From Candidatus Heimdallarchaeota archaeon (GTDB lineage: Archaea > Asgardarchaeota > Heimdallarchaeia > Hodarchaeales > Hodarchaeaceae), in the NCBI GenBank assembly GCA_048881705.1, contig JBHLSH010000023.1, positions 1 to 45,237 of the forward strand: DNA of 45,237 nucleotides, written 5' to 3'. The position numbers and the translations under genes are program-made. A model generated the notes under the pieces. That model was not told the DNA's origin, made no database searches, and saw only the letters and a program-made list of their open reading frames with translations. This document shows positions 26,533 through 35,394 of the stretch, one piece after another. Position 1 is the first letter of the stretch, and each line of letters starts with the position of its first letter.

Positions 26533-29500
26533 TTGGCCAGCGCAAGTCGAGATTCAAGTTCGTTTCAAGGGTATCGGTCTTGGTTTAAACCCTTTAGGTA
26601 TCGTCAGAGAACCAGAACGCCAATCTTCGTCCTTGATTTCGAAAGTGATAGTAAGTGGGAGGAAAGTCACATAGCAGAGTTTTATGATTCAGACAGTCCA
26701 GAAACAGGAGGACGGGGGAATCGAATAAACGGAATCCAAATATATTTCCTGGATCAAGACCATGTAAAAAGGAAAGCGTTTCTGCGACATTCACCATATT
26801 TTTATTTATTGGTGGAGGATGGCATACTATCATCAGATTTAATACGAATTCAAAATGAAATCTGGCACCAGGGAGGAAATAAGATAGTTAACGTTGAAAT
26901 TACGGAGTCCTATGATGCCGAAGAATTAACTTTTTTGAAGCAAAAACCATTCATACGTGTCACCGTGGATCATCCTGGGTCTGTTCCTTCTCTGAGAGAG
27001 CAACTCGAACGAATTGAAGGTATAATTGAATGGCGCGAAGCTGATGTCCTGTTCCACCATCGAGTAGCCATTGATCATAATATACGTGTGGGATACTGGT
27101 ATGAAGCAGAAATTGATGGCGGAGAAATAACAAAATTAAGTCCCATACCAAACAAGGCACCCCCTGAGTTACGTGTCATTGCATTTGATATCGAAACGAC
27201 GTTCGAACAGAATCGGGAACCGAATCCTTACCTTGATGTTATAACCATGATCTCTCTCTTTACAGGAGATACTGAGCGAACGGGAAATCTGTTGTTAATT
27301 AATTCACAGGTAGTGGATTCTAGCAACATCAGAAACTTTAATATAATTCTTAGACAAAAGGACCACGAACATCTTAAGCCTTGGGTTGATTGGATCCCAT
27401 TAGACGAGATACAATCTTCTTCTAACATTTTAGAAGGATTTCCTGTCCAAGTTTTGTCCATTAACGGCGAAGCAGAACTTCTTCGTGTGTTTTTCCAATT
27501 TATAAGAGATTATCAACCTGACGTTTTGGCTGATTTCTTTGGTGGTCGTTTTGACATACCTTTTTTGACCGTTAGAGCTGAGAAGCATCGGCTATCACTA
27601 CAGAAGGAGACAGGCTTTAGAATTGTTTTGAAGAATCAGTTTGAAGATAGAAAATCTGTTGGAAAAGGAAGCAAAAACCTACGGGGATATTCTGCGTCTC
27701 AAATTGATCATGTGGCGGGCGCTGGGATAATTCATTTGGATACTTTTGATTTTAATGAAAAATATTCGTATCTTCCTAAAAAGGATCTCGGATTAAAGCA
27801 GAGTGTAGAAAAAAAGCTAAAAATCCTTCCGATTGGGAGGGAAGCCCTTTTTGGAGATGATCCAGTTCTAGCGGCAGCTTACGCCGCTAGCGACGGATAT
27901 ATTACATGGAAATATGCTCGAGAAATCGTTTTGGGTTTTTTTATTTCGCTAGGGCAGATGTTTCCAGTTTCTGCCGCTGAACTTCTATCGAGAAGATCAG
28001 GATCTCTGGATGACCTTCTCATTGATGCAGAGGACTATAAACATAATATCATTGGTAGAAGACGTATCAGTCAGAAAAATAGAGGCAGTTTTTCACCAAA
28101 TATAACGATTGAATCTCTTGCATTTACAGGTGGTCTTGTAGAGGCGAGAAGGCCTGGAATATTCCGATCTGATATATACTACGATTTCACGCCAAACAAA
28201 ACGAGTTTGAAAACCCTCAAGCCCGTAATCGCCAAGATAATAGAGGATGAGAGTGAATCGAGTCTACAAAAGACCGCTGCGGAAAGATTTGAAGCTTTTG
28301 TGTCTTCAGAACTCGATAATTTGAATTTACCATATTCTGATGATCATAAGGATTGTATTCGGAAAATCAGACGAGGTTTATCCAAGAATGGCCTCGGAGA
28401 AAAAGAAGTTTCCGAAAAAATAGAGGAAACGAAGAGGATTTTAGATGAAATAAAATCGCTTCACATTGTTGATTCCGAAAAAGTAAAAATGGAAATATTA
28501 GAGAACATAGATAATATTGCTGAAAATCAGGGTCGAACCCAGTTGCGTGGACTTCATGTCGACGTAACCTCGATGTATCCCTCTCAGATACGGCAGTACA
28601 AGCTCCAGCCATCGGGAATTGTTTCTAAAAAACAGTGTACGACCTGTGAATTTTATGAACCTGATCAGAGCTGTTATTTCGAGGGAGATTGGATAGTGAA
28701 GCTCTCCGGCCGACGACCGTGTCGTTATCTTGTACAAGATACGAACAAATGCGACCCTTCTATTTGTACGAGTGAAAAAGCTCAGAATTGTAAGAATTAT
28801 GAACCTTTTCAGACGTCTCGATCTCGATATCAGGAAGTTTACACTTTTAACGGTGAAAAGACTCGTGTATATAGGTTACGGAATAAATCGGAGCTTAAAT
28901 CAGTCCCCATAAGGAAGAGCTACCTTGGTTCTGTTATGGATGATGATCCGTTCCATACTATACAAAAATGGTTGGAAAAATCGGTTGATGCCACTGAACT
29001 TACAAGATCCCTAGGTTTTTCACAGATTGACTTATTTGAGGATCAATCTTCAGATCTTGAACTTCCAGAAGAGACTTATCTTAGCTTAGATGTCAGGACC
29101 AAAAATCTGGTCGTTTTTCTCTCAGTACGTTCACGGGTTTGTCAAAAGGCGTATAATTTCCTGGCCCGAATAATGGACGATTTTTTTAATACCCGAGTCT
29201 CTCATAAAAAGCAGGCCCAACAGCTTGAACAAAGAATCAAGCAAAAAACGAAAAGAAATGAACCCGTATCAGCCGAGCTATTAAGTCAACAGAAATTCCA
29301 TGACAGTACACAGTTGGGGATGAAAGTTCCATTAAACTCGATATACGGATTATTGGGTATGAAAGGCGGGGTTCGTAATGCGAGTACACCCTCCGCAGGC
29401 ATTACAACCAAGCTATCCGCGGATTTAATTCAATGGGCAGCCGATCAATTGGAACAAATAGGATGGGTGACGGAACTTGATACTGATGGAATTTGGTTAT

Positions 29501-31014
29501 GGCTCCCGAAGACGTTTCCTATTGATTTTCCGGTTTTTATAGGTTCAAAGAATGGCAATGATTTGGAAACCCATCAGGTTACCCTAATTGATAAAATCCT
29601 GAATTCTCAGGTAAGGGAATCGGGATTTATTAATGAAAATTACTGGATTAATGATGGGAACACAATTCAGAGAATGACCAAAAGCCTGATAAGGTTTGAA
29701 CAGGATGGAGGGTATGATTTTCAATTCGTAATGGGTAAAAAGAAATATATTGTATACAACTATTTGGAGAATAACCCAAACACCAAATGGATTGAGGAGG
29801 AACTGACAGGCCTTGAATCAAAGCGTGCTGACTTCTCGAAACTCCAAAAATATTATCAGGAACGGATAATTAATGCTTATCTAGATAAATATGACTCTGT
29901 TAATCCAATTACCCTAAAAGAATTGTATAAACATGCAATTGAAACATCGGAATCAATACGAGAAGAAATAATATCAGGTTCCATGGATATATCATATTTT
30001 GTTAAACCCAAAGCGATAAATAAGCAATTAGATTCGTATAAGTCAGAACTACCGCAGGTGACCTGTGCAAGGATATTGGAAGATCTCAATTACAGAGTAG
30101 CCCCAGGTACCCGAGTTGAGATGCTAAACGTCAAAGGTAAAGGTAACCATGTCCTCCCTAAACAGATTTTTGATTTAGAGTTTGAGGTTGTTAAACCTGT
30201 TTTGATTAAGCATGGAATAGGAACTCTGAGCTTTATGCTGGGTGAGCTGAAATCTAAGGAGGATCTAAGAAAGCTCATTGATATACAACAATATATTGAC
30301 GATATTTTCGGACCTGGCCGGATTCACGATCGAATGGTAAACCATCCAATGATCACCCAGAATATATCCCTAGTACAGAAGATAGACCTCGAAACAGAAT
30401 ACGAAACCCAGCTAAAACCTCTGAAAAAAACTGAGATTGAAGGGATTGCAAGAAAGGAATTTGATCTGGATAAAGAGCAGAAATTAAATCAAAAAATCAG
30501 AAAGAAAAAGTATCCTGGAGATTCAATCACAAAGAAAACTAAAGGCAGAACTCCTTTCAAAAAACAGAAGGTCAGAAGCCTAGAGGCAATCTTTGATATT
30601 GCTCCTAAGCGCGAAATTACAGCTAAACTGAAAAAAACTTTAAAGAAAGACGAATTTCCAGATTCCAATTTAGGACTTGAACCTGATCTGGAAAGAAAAG
30701 ATCACCCTACCTCTGTTCGGGAGACAGTCTTATTTTCTGAACAAGTGCTTGCTAAAAATTTATCTCCAAAGGAAGAGGATAAGGGGGGACTGTCGGACAG
30801 AAGTGGTGAGCCCAATGAGGAGGGTCCAATAATTGGAGCCGACGTTTTTATCAACGGAAATCTCGAAAACAAGAAGACTATCCAAGCTGAGCTTGAACTC
30901 TTCGATGATGAAAACGTTTTTTGTTCCGAATGTGGGTCTATTGTGAGTCTCCAAGAACTTTCTGACGAAGGTTGTAGGATTTGCGGTGGTCAAAAACTTT
31001 TTTTTGATGAATAG
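26533..31014 (+). CDS. polB: Family B DNA polymerase, epsilon-like (Pol2 catalytic half) with C-terminal C4 finger
   Basis: ExoI AFDIETT, ExoIII YAASDG, PolA HVDVTSMYP, PolB KVPLNSIYG, PolC ELDTDGIW. Pol-epsilon-type motifs READVLFHHRVAIDHNIRVG.WY, SYLP...GLK, GG.VE...GIFRSD and CysX. Start codon uncertain (TTG). Confidence 0.93.
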   Translation: MASASRDSSSFQGYRSWFKPFRYRQRTRTPIFVLDFESDSKWEESHIAEFYDSDSPETGGRGNRINGIQIYFLDQDHVKRKAFLRHSPYFYLLVEDGILSSDLIRIQNEIWHQGGNKIVNVEITESYDAEELTFLKQKPFIRVTVDHPGSVPSLREQLERIEGIIEWREADVLFHHRVAIDHNIRVGYWYEAEIDGGEITKLSPIPNKAPPELRVIAFDIETTFEQNREPNPYLDVITMISLFTGDTERTGNLLLINSQVVDSSNIRNFNIILRQKDHEHLKPWVDWIPLDEIQSSSNILEGFPVQVLSINGEAELLRVFFQFIRDYQPDVLADFFGGRFDIPFLTVRAEKHRLSLQKETGFRIVLKNQFEDRKSVGKGSKNLRGYSASQIDHVAGAGIIHLDTFDFNEKYSYLPKKDLGLKQSVEKKLKILPIGREALFGDDPVLAAAYAASDGYITWKYAREIVLGFFISLGQMFPVSAAELLSRRSGSLDDLLIDAEDYKHNIIGRRRISQKNRGSFSPNITIESLAFTGGLVEARRPGIFRSDIYYDFTPNKTSLKTLKPVIAKIIEDESESSLQKTAAERFEAFVSSELDNLNLPYSDDHKDCIRKIRRGLSKNGLGEKEVSEKIEETKRILDEIKSLHIVDSEKVKMEILENIDNIAENQGRTQLRGLHVDVTSMYPSQIRQYKLQPSGIVSKKQCTTCEFYEPDQSCYFEGDWIVKLSGRRPCRYLVQDTNKCDPSICTSEKAQNCKNYEPFQTSRSRYQEVYTFNGEKTRVYRLRNKSELKSVPIRKSYLGSVMDDDPFHTIQKWLEKSVDATELTRSLGFSQIDLFEDQSSDLELPEETYLSLDVRTKNLVVFLSVRSRVCQKAYNFLARIMDDFFNTRVSHKKQAQQLEQRIKQKTKRNEPVSAELLSQQKFHDSTQLGMKVPLNSIYGLLGMKGGVRNASTPSAGITTKLSADLIQWAADQLEQIGWVTELDTDGIWLWLPKTFPIDFPVFIGSKNGNDLETHQVTLIDKILNSQVRESGFINENYWINDGNTIQRMTKSLIRFEQDGGYDFQFVMGKKKYIVYNYLENNPNTKWIEEELTGLESKRADFSKLQKYYQERIINAYLDKYDSVNPITLKELYKHAIETSESIREEIISGSMDISYFVKPKAINKQLDSYKSELPQVTCARILEDLNYRVAPGTRVEMLNVKGKGNHVLPKQIFDLEFEVVKPVLIKHGIGTLSFMLGELKSKEDLRKLIDIQQYIDDIFGPGRIHDRMVNHPMITQNISLVQKIDLETEYETQLKPLKKTEIEGIARKEFDLDKEQKLNQKIRKKKYPGDSITKKTKGRTPFKKQKVRSLEAIFDIAPKREITAKLKKTLKKDEFPDSNLGLEPDLERKDHPTSVRETVLFSEQVLAKNLSPKEEDKGGLSDRSGEPNEEGPIIGADVFINGNLENKKTIQAELELFDDENVFCSECGSIVSLQELSDEGCRICGGQKLFFDE

Positions 31015-31186
31015 CTCACCTTGATGGATCTGCGACATTTTTATTCTTGTGGGGATCCCTTGGCCGGTATTTGTATCGTTTAACAGTGATGCCTGCAAGC
31101 TCCCCAAAAGTGAAATTCATAAATTGGACTCATTGGGCGAAACACAAAGTAGCTTCTAGGTACAATAAACTCTAGGAATATCTCAA

Positions 31187-33415
31187 ATGAAGAATATAAA
31201 CTCCCTCTCCAAATATTCATCTCTTGAGAACTTTGCACTTGATCAGACTGAACAGTTCCTTCGTCCAAGAACCTTTCTTGATTCAATATACCTTTTAATT
31301 CTGGTATTTTGGCTCATTACATCTACCCTATTTGCATTTCAACCAGAATTTCGTGTAACTCTATTCCTGGTTGCCTTAGGATTGTTTGTTTTAATCCCTA
31401 TTTACGTTCGTCTGGTAAGAACAAAGGAATTAAGAATGGCTGCTACCTCTGTGAATAGGGCCATGAAAGTGGTTGTTTTCTTATTGTTGATCGATTTATT
31501 TACTGGACAGGTTCCTCCTACATTCCACGGACTTGATGGATTTATTGCTCCACTTACCTATGCAGAATTTGAACGATTGTTTACCGCCCTAATGCTTCCT
31601 GCGGCAGTCTTTTTGGGCTCTTTTTCGTTCACCAATCTACAATTGGGATACGATTTTTATTTGAGCCGAATTCTCAAAGGGATCTGGTATTCATGCTTAG
31701 TATTATTTGTATTCCGAAATATATACCTATTCTCAACAGAATTGATTCTACAAAAGGAATTATTTGTTTTAATAGGGTTTGCAGCCTTTATAGCAGGAAC
31801 TCTTCTCCCTAGGACGCCTTTACAACTCTCAATGAGCCTTGGCTCAATACTAGAACAGTATTCAGTTATGAATACAAGGTTGGAGCGGTTTCGTGATGCT
31901 TGTTTTACAGGGGGATTGTTACTAGTTTTGCTTTTATGGTTACCGAATTGGATTATATCGTCTCGTGACTTGTTTTCATATTTATCCTTAATAGGGATTA
32001 TTTTCGGAATTATTCTATCGCTCGCTCCGCGAGAGAAATCACCCTCGCGTTTTGCATCATTGGTGAATTCTGTTTCTGGAGTAGGAAGAGAAATAGACCC
32101 TTCTAGTCAACTGGCATCACGAGTCCAGAATTTTGCCCGAGATATCAATAGGGTAGAGTTTAATAAGCCAGAAACAGTCTATACCATTCCTACAGGCGGT
32201 TTAACTCTTGTATCCAAGGGTAGGACCAAAGTTTCAGCAAAACATGGAACAATAGCCGTGCCAACCGTCACGGAAAAAGGAACGGCTGTTGTTCTAATGG
32301 GTAAGTCCGAAATGCAAACTGATGCTATAAATCAGGAAGCACAAACACAAGAAGTTGAGGGAACGACCACGATTTGGCTACCCCCGGATGAATGGGAGGA
32401 TATTCGTGTAAAACTAAATCCTAAAGATATGAATGAACTAACAGATCAAGAGCTACGTATGGCCGGAATAGGGGATGTTATGGAGGTTTTTAATAAGGCT
32501 GAAACAGCTCTCAATAACCTGAAACAATGGAGGGGCCCTAGGGGCCTCTTTTCTTCAGTTCTAGATCCGACGCCATCTAAATACGCGATTAGAGAAACTG
32601 AAGACTATTCTTTGGTTCGGCTGCCTGGAATTTACGTATTCGAATCGAGTGATTTGGAATTGGTCAACATTCTTGGTGGAGCGGTGAAGGTAATCGAGAT
32701 GAAGGGGGTCGGGAGCTTTGTTCGAATTCTTGGAGGATTAATTACGGTATTGGAGACCAAAGAGTATTCTTTTGTTCAAACACCTGTTGTAAGTGTTGTG
32801 GAGACGCCCCAGGGCGAAATGGTCAGGATAATGGGTATAGATATCCAAGAGGGGGAAAGGTTCAACTTAGAGGAGGCCAGAAAAAAGATAATACGGGATC
32901 AGGAAAGGTTCAATGCCTTATTCTCTGAGCGAATTACCTCTATATTTCAGGAGGAACCTAATGTAATTCTGGCCGAGCTAAAAGGGGAAATTAAGGGATG
33001 GATTATCGGGGAAGAGGAATCGCTAGAAGACACTTCTTCGCAAAAAGGCCTTGCAACTGATAAAAGGAAAAGAAAACGCACACCTCCATCCCCTCCGAGT
33101 CCCCCCACTCCTCCCGGCATAAAACAGTCCGATAGGCGGCGGAGCATAGATATTACTTGGCGAGCTTTACATAAACCGCAGGGATCTCAATTTAGCGATG
33201 AATTCCAAGGCCAAACAGAAGGAACCGATGAAAAAATCATGGGAATTGATGAAGCACTTGAGAAAATCCAAATCTCGATAGATAAGATCGATGAGAAATT
33301 CCTGGCAAATGAAATAGACAGTGAAAAACATTCAGATATGATAAGTCGCCTTAAAGCCAAAGAAAAAAAGCTGCTGAAGAAACGGGGACGACTTACTGGT
33401 TCTTCAAATGAATGA
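31187..33415 (+). CDS. Multi-pass membrane protein with a soluble beta-repeat C-terminal region
   Basis: About 8-9 TM segments in the first 280 aa, then a soluble domain, short beta repeats, PPSPPSPPTPPG and a terminal coiled coil. Confidence 0.75.
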   Translation: MKNINSLSKYSSLENFALDQTEQFLRPRTFLDSIYLLILVFWLITSTLFAFQPEFRVTLFLVALGLFVLIPIYVRLVRTKELRMAATSVNRAMKVVVFLLLIDLFTGQVPPTFHGLDGFIAPLTYAEFERLFTALMLPAAVFLGSFSFTNLQLGYDFYLSRILKGIWYSCLVLFVFRNIYLFSTELILQKELFVLIGFAAFIAGTLLPRTPLQLSMSLGSILEQYSVMNTRLERFRDACFTGGLLLVLLLWLPNWIISSRDLFSYLSLIGIIFGIILSLAPREKSPSRFASLVNSVSGVGREIDPSSQLASRVQNFARDINRVEFNKPETVYTIPTGGLTLVSKGRTKVSAKHGTIAVPTVTEKGTAVVLMGKSEMQTDAINQEAQTQEVEGTTTIWLPPDEWEDIRVKLNPKDMNELTDQELRMAGIGDVMEVFNKAETALNNLKQWRGPRGLFSSVLDPTPSKYAIRETEDYSLVRLPGIYVFESSDLELVNILGGAVKVIEMKGVGSFVRILGGLITVLETKEYSFVQTPVVSVVETPQGEMVRIMGIDIQEGERFNLEEARKKIIRDQERFNALFSERITSIFQEEPNVILAELKGEIKGWIIGEEESLEDTSSQKGLATDKRKRKRTPPSPPSPPTPPGIKQSDRRRSIDITWRALHKPQGSQFSDEFQGQTEGTDEKIMGIDEALEKIQISIDKIDEKFLANEIDSEKHSDMISRLKAKEKKLLKKRGRLTGSSNE

Positions 33416-33447
33416 TTGAAAAATTTGAAATGTTCAGGAAGACCGAT

Positions 33448-35331
33448 TTAAGAAGACTTTACTGCATTTTTTAACTTTGAGATTTCAACATTCAATCTGT
33501 ATTTAGATTCAGCTTTAATAAATACTCCTAATTTTGGCTCTAACGCTCCCACCCGTTCCTGAATTACTTTTTTGACTTCCTCTTCATTCATCAAACGGTT
33601 TTTTCTTGCCCATTCCGTTAGCAATGTTATTGATCGGCCAAATAGGTCAAGCGCGCGGCCTTCTTCCTTATTTTGAAGAGCCACAATTCCTGCATTATGG
33701 TATACGGTACTTGCACGACGTAAACTTATCAAACCATTTAGATAGGCTTTTTGGTACTGATCCTCTAGATTTCCAGGCCTCGATATCTCCGCTAATGAAT
33801 TATGGGCCTTAAAAAACGATAAAGCAGCTCTTTCAAAGGTCTCTAATTTGAATAAACTGTTAGCAAGCTGGATATATACAGAGAAGAGTTCAATACCCTT
33901 GATTTGGGCTTGAGTCAAGAAAGTGGATGATTTTTCATAAGAATGGATAGATTCGACAACTTGCTGGCGCTTGGTTTCGATTTTTCCCTTTTCAAAGAAA
34001 AGGAGCGCCAATGTACGATAATTTTGCTCTGTTTCATGATCTTTCAGTAGATTAATTGCTCTAGTAAGCAGTTCATAGGAGCTTTTGGGATCCTTGATAT
34101 TACAGGCCCCGTTGTATAACGCCCTTGCTGCGGAAGAATAATCGCTTGCTTCAATAAATAGATCTGCAGCTTCTCTTAATTTGCCACATCCTTCCTCAAT
34201 ATCTTTCAATGACAACAGCGCATTTGCTGCTAAAATTAATGAACTAGCTGCTTCACGGGGATTCCCTGAATCGGATAAAAGGCGAGCTGCAGATACGCGT
34301 TGGGTTGCAGATCGCCTGATTAAATCCTGGCTTAGGGTTAGATTCCTGCCTCTTACACCATCCGCATGACTCATAAGTCTACTAGCGTACGTTGCAGAAT
34401 ATTCAGCCGCAATATGTGGATCTACTTCAGTGGCGGCAGTGATTGCTTTTTCAAAATATGCATAGGATTCTTCGAATCGCTCTTTAGCATGTAATGCGCT
34501 AGCCATATCAAAATTAATGGAAGCCAGTTTGGCTTCTCCTTTTACCCATAGAACTCCAGCCTGTAGAAGTTCAATCGCCTCATCTAGACTAGCTAGATAA
34601 AACGCGCACTTGCCTGCTAAAGCTGATGATTGACCAGAATCATGGAAAAGACGTACACGAGCAAAAGCACGAGTAGCCTGTTCAAATGCCTCCTTGGCCT
34701 CGTGATAGTTCTTGCCAGCCAAGAAAATCCTACCGGCCAAGTTGAAAGCTTGGCCCGCCGCATTGTCATCTATGTTTTCCAATTTATTTGCAACGCGTAT
34801 AGCAGCCCATAACTGGTTTCTATCTTGTGTTTTGGCCCAAGCTTCATGCGCTGTCTCTAGATCTTGAAGTGCATCTTTAATGGAGTAAGTCTCATACGAT
34901 AAATCTTTGTTATCTACCGATTCAAGTGGTACATTTGTTAAAAGTCGTTCAGAAAGTATAGTCCAAATTTCCTTTGCATCAAAATTGGTTTCTTTAGTCT
35001 TAAGCTGGTTTAAATAATCGAAAATCTTAATATCTAGATGAGGACCCAATAAATCATTAATTTGACTCTCAGTTATGAATGCCAGAAAGAAAGGTCTCTC
35101 CTTGCCGCGAATACCCGCATCTTCCCATGAATCGAAGGCAACACGAGCAGTAACGTCCTGGCCGAGGCTTAGCAAGGGAACAGAGAATTCTGTTCGTTGT
35201 GACTGGCCATGTTGGCCAAAGACAGTTACTGATGCTAAATATATCTGCAAAGCTACTGATTCCGGATCTTTTAGAACCGAAGGAGGGAACAAGGAAATAA
35301 TGGAGGGGCCGCTAATTTCATCCCATTGCAC
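33448..35331 (-). CDS. uDENN/longin-like domain fused to a TPR/alpha-SNAP-like solenoid
   Basis: QWDEISGPSIISLFP and SWEDAGIRGKERPFFLAFIT, followed by helical repeats (AGQAFNLAGRIFLAGKNYHEAKEAFEQA). Confidence 0.72.
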   Translation of the reverse strand: MQWDEISGPSIISLFPPSVLKDPESVALQIYLASVTVFGQHGQSQRTEFSVPLLSLGQDVTARVAFDSWEDAGIRGKERPFFLAFITESQINDLLGPHLDIKIFDYLNQLKTKETNFDAKEIWTILSERLLTNVPLESVDNKDLSYETYSIKDALQDLETAHEAWAKTQDRNQLWAAIRVANKLENIDDNAAGQAFNLAGRIFLAGKNYHEAKEAFEQATRAFARVRLFHDSGQSSALAGKCAFYLASLDEAIELLQAGVLWVKGEAKLASINFDMASALHAKERFEESYAYFEKAITAATEVDPHIAAEYSATYASRLMSHADGVRGRNLTLSQDLIRRSATQRVSAARLLSDSGNPREAASSLILAANALLSLKDIEEGCGKLREAADLFIEASDYSSAARALYNGACNIKDPKSSYELLTRAINLLKDHETEQNYRTLALLFFEKGKIETKRQQVVESIHSYEKSSTFLTQAQIKGIELFSVYIQLANSLFKLETFERAALSFFKAHNSLAEISRPGNLEDQYQKAYLNGLISLRRASTVYHNAGIVALQNKEEGRALDLFGRSITLLTEWARKNRLMNEEEVKKVIQERVGALEPKLGVFIKAESKYRLNVEISKLKNAVKSS

Positions 35332-35394
35332 GGCCAGAACAGTTAAATCTGCACCTGGTCTATTGATTGATTCTGACGTTGGTACGACCTCCTC

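Noticed and set aside
26340-26588. 82-aa ORF overlapping the polymerase start
   Set aside because: No motif; overlaps polB out of frame in an AT-rich, TATA-containing divergent promoter region.
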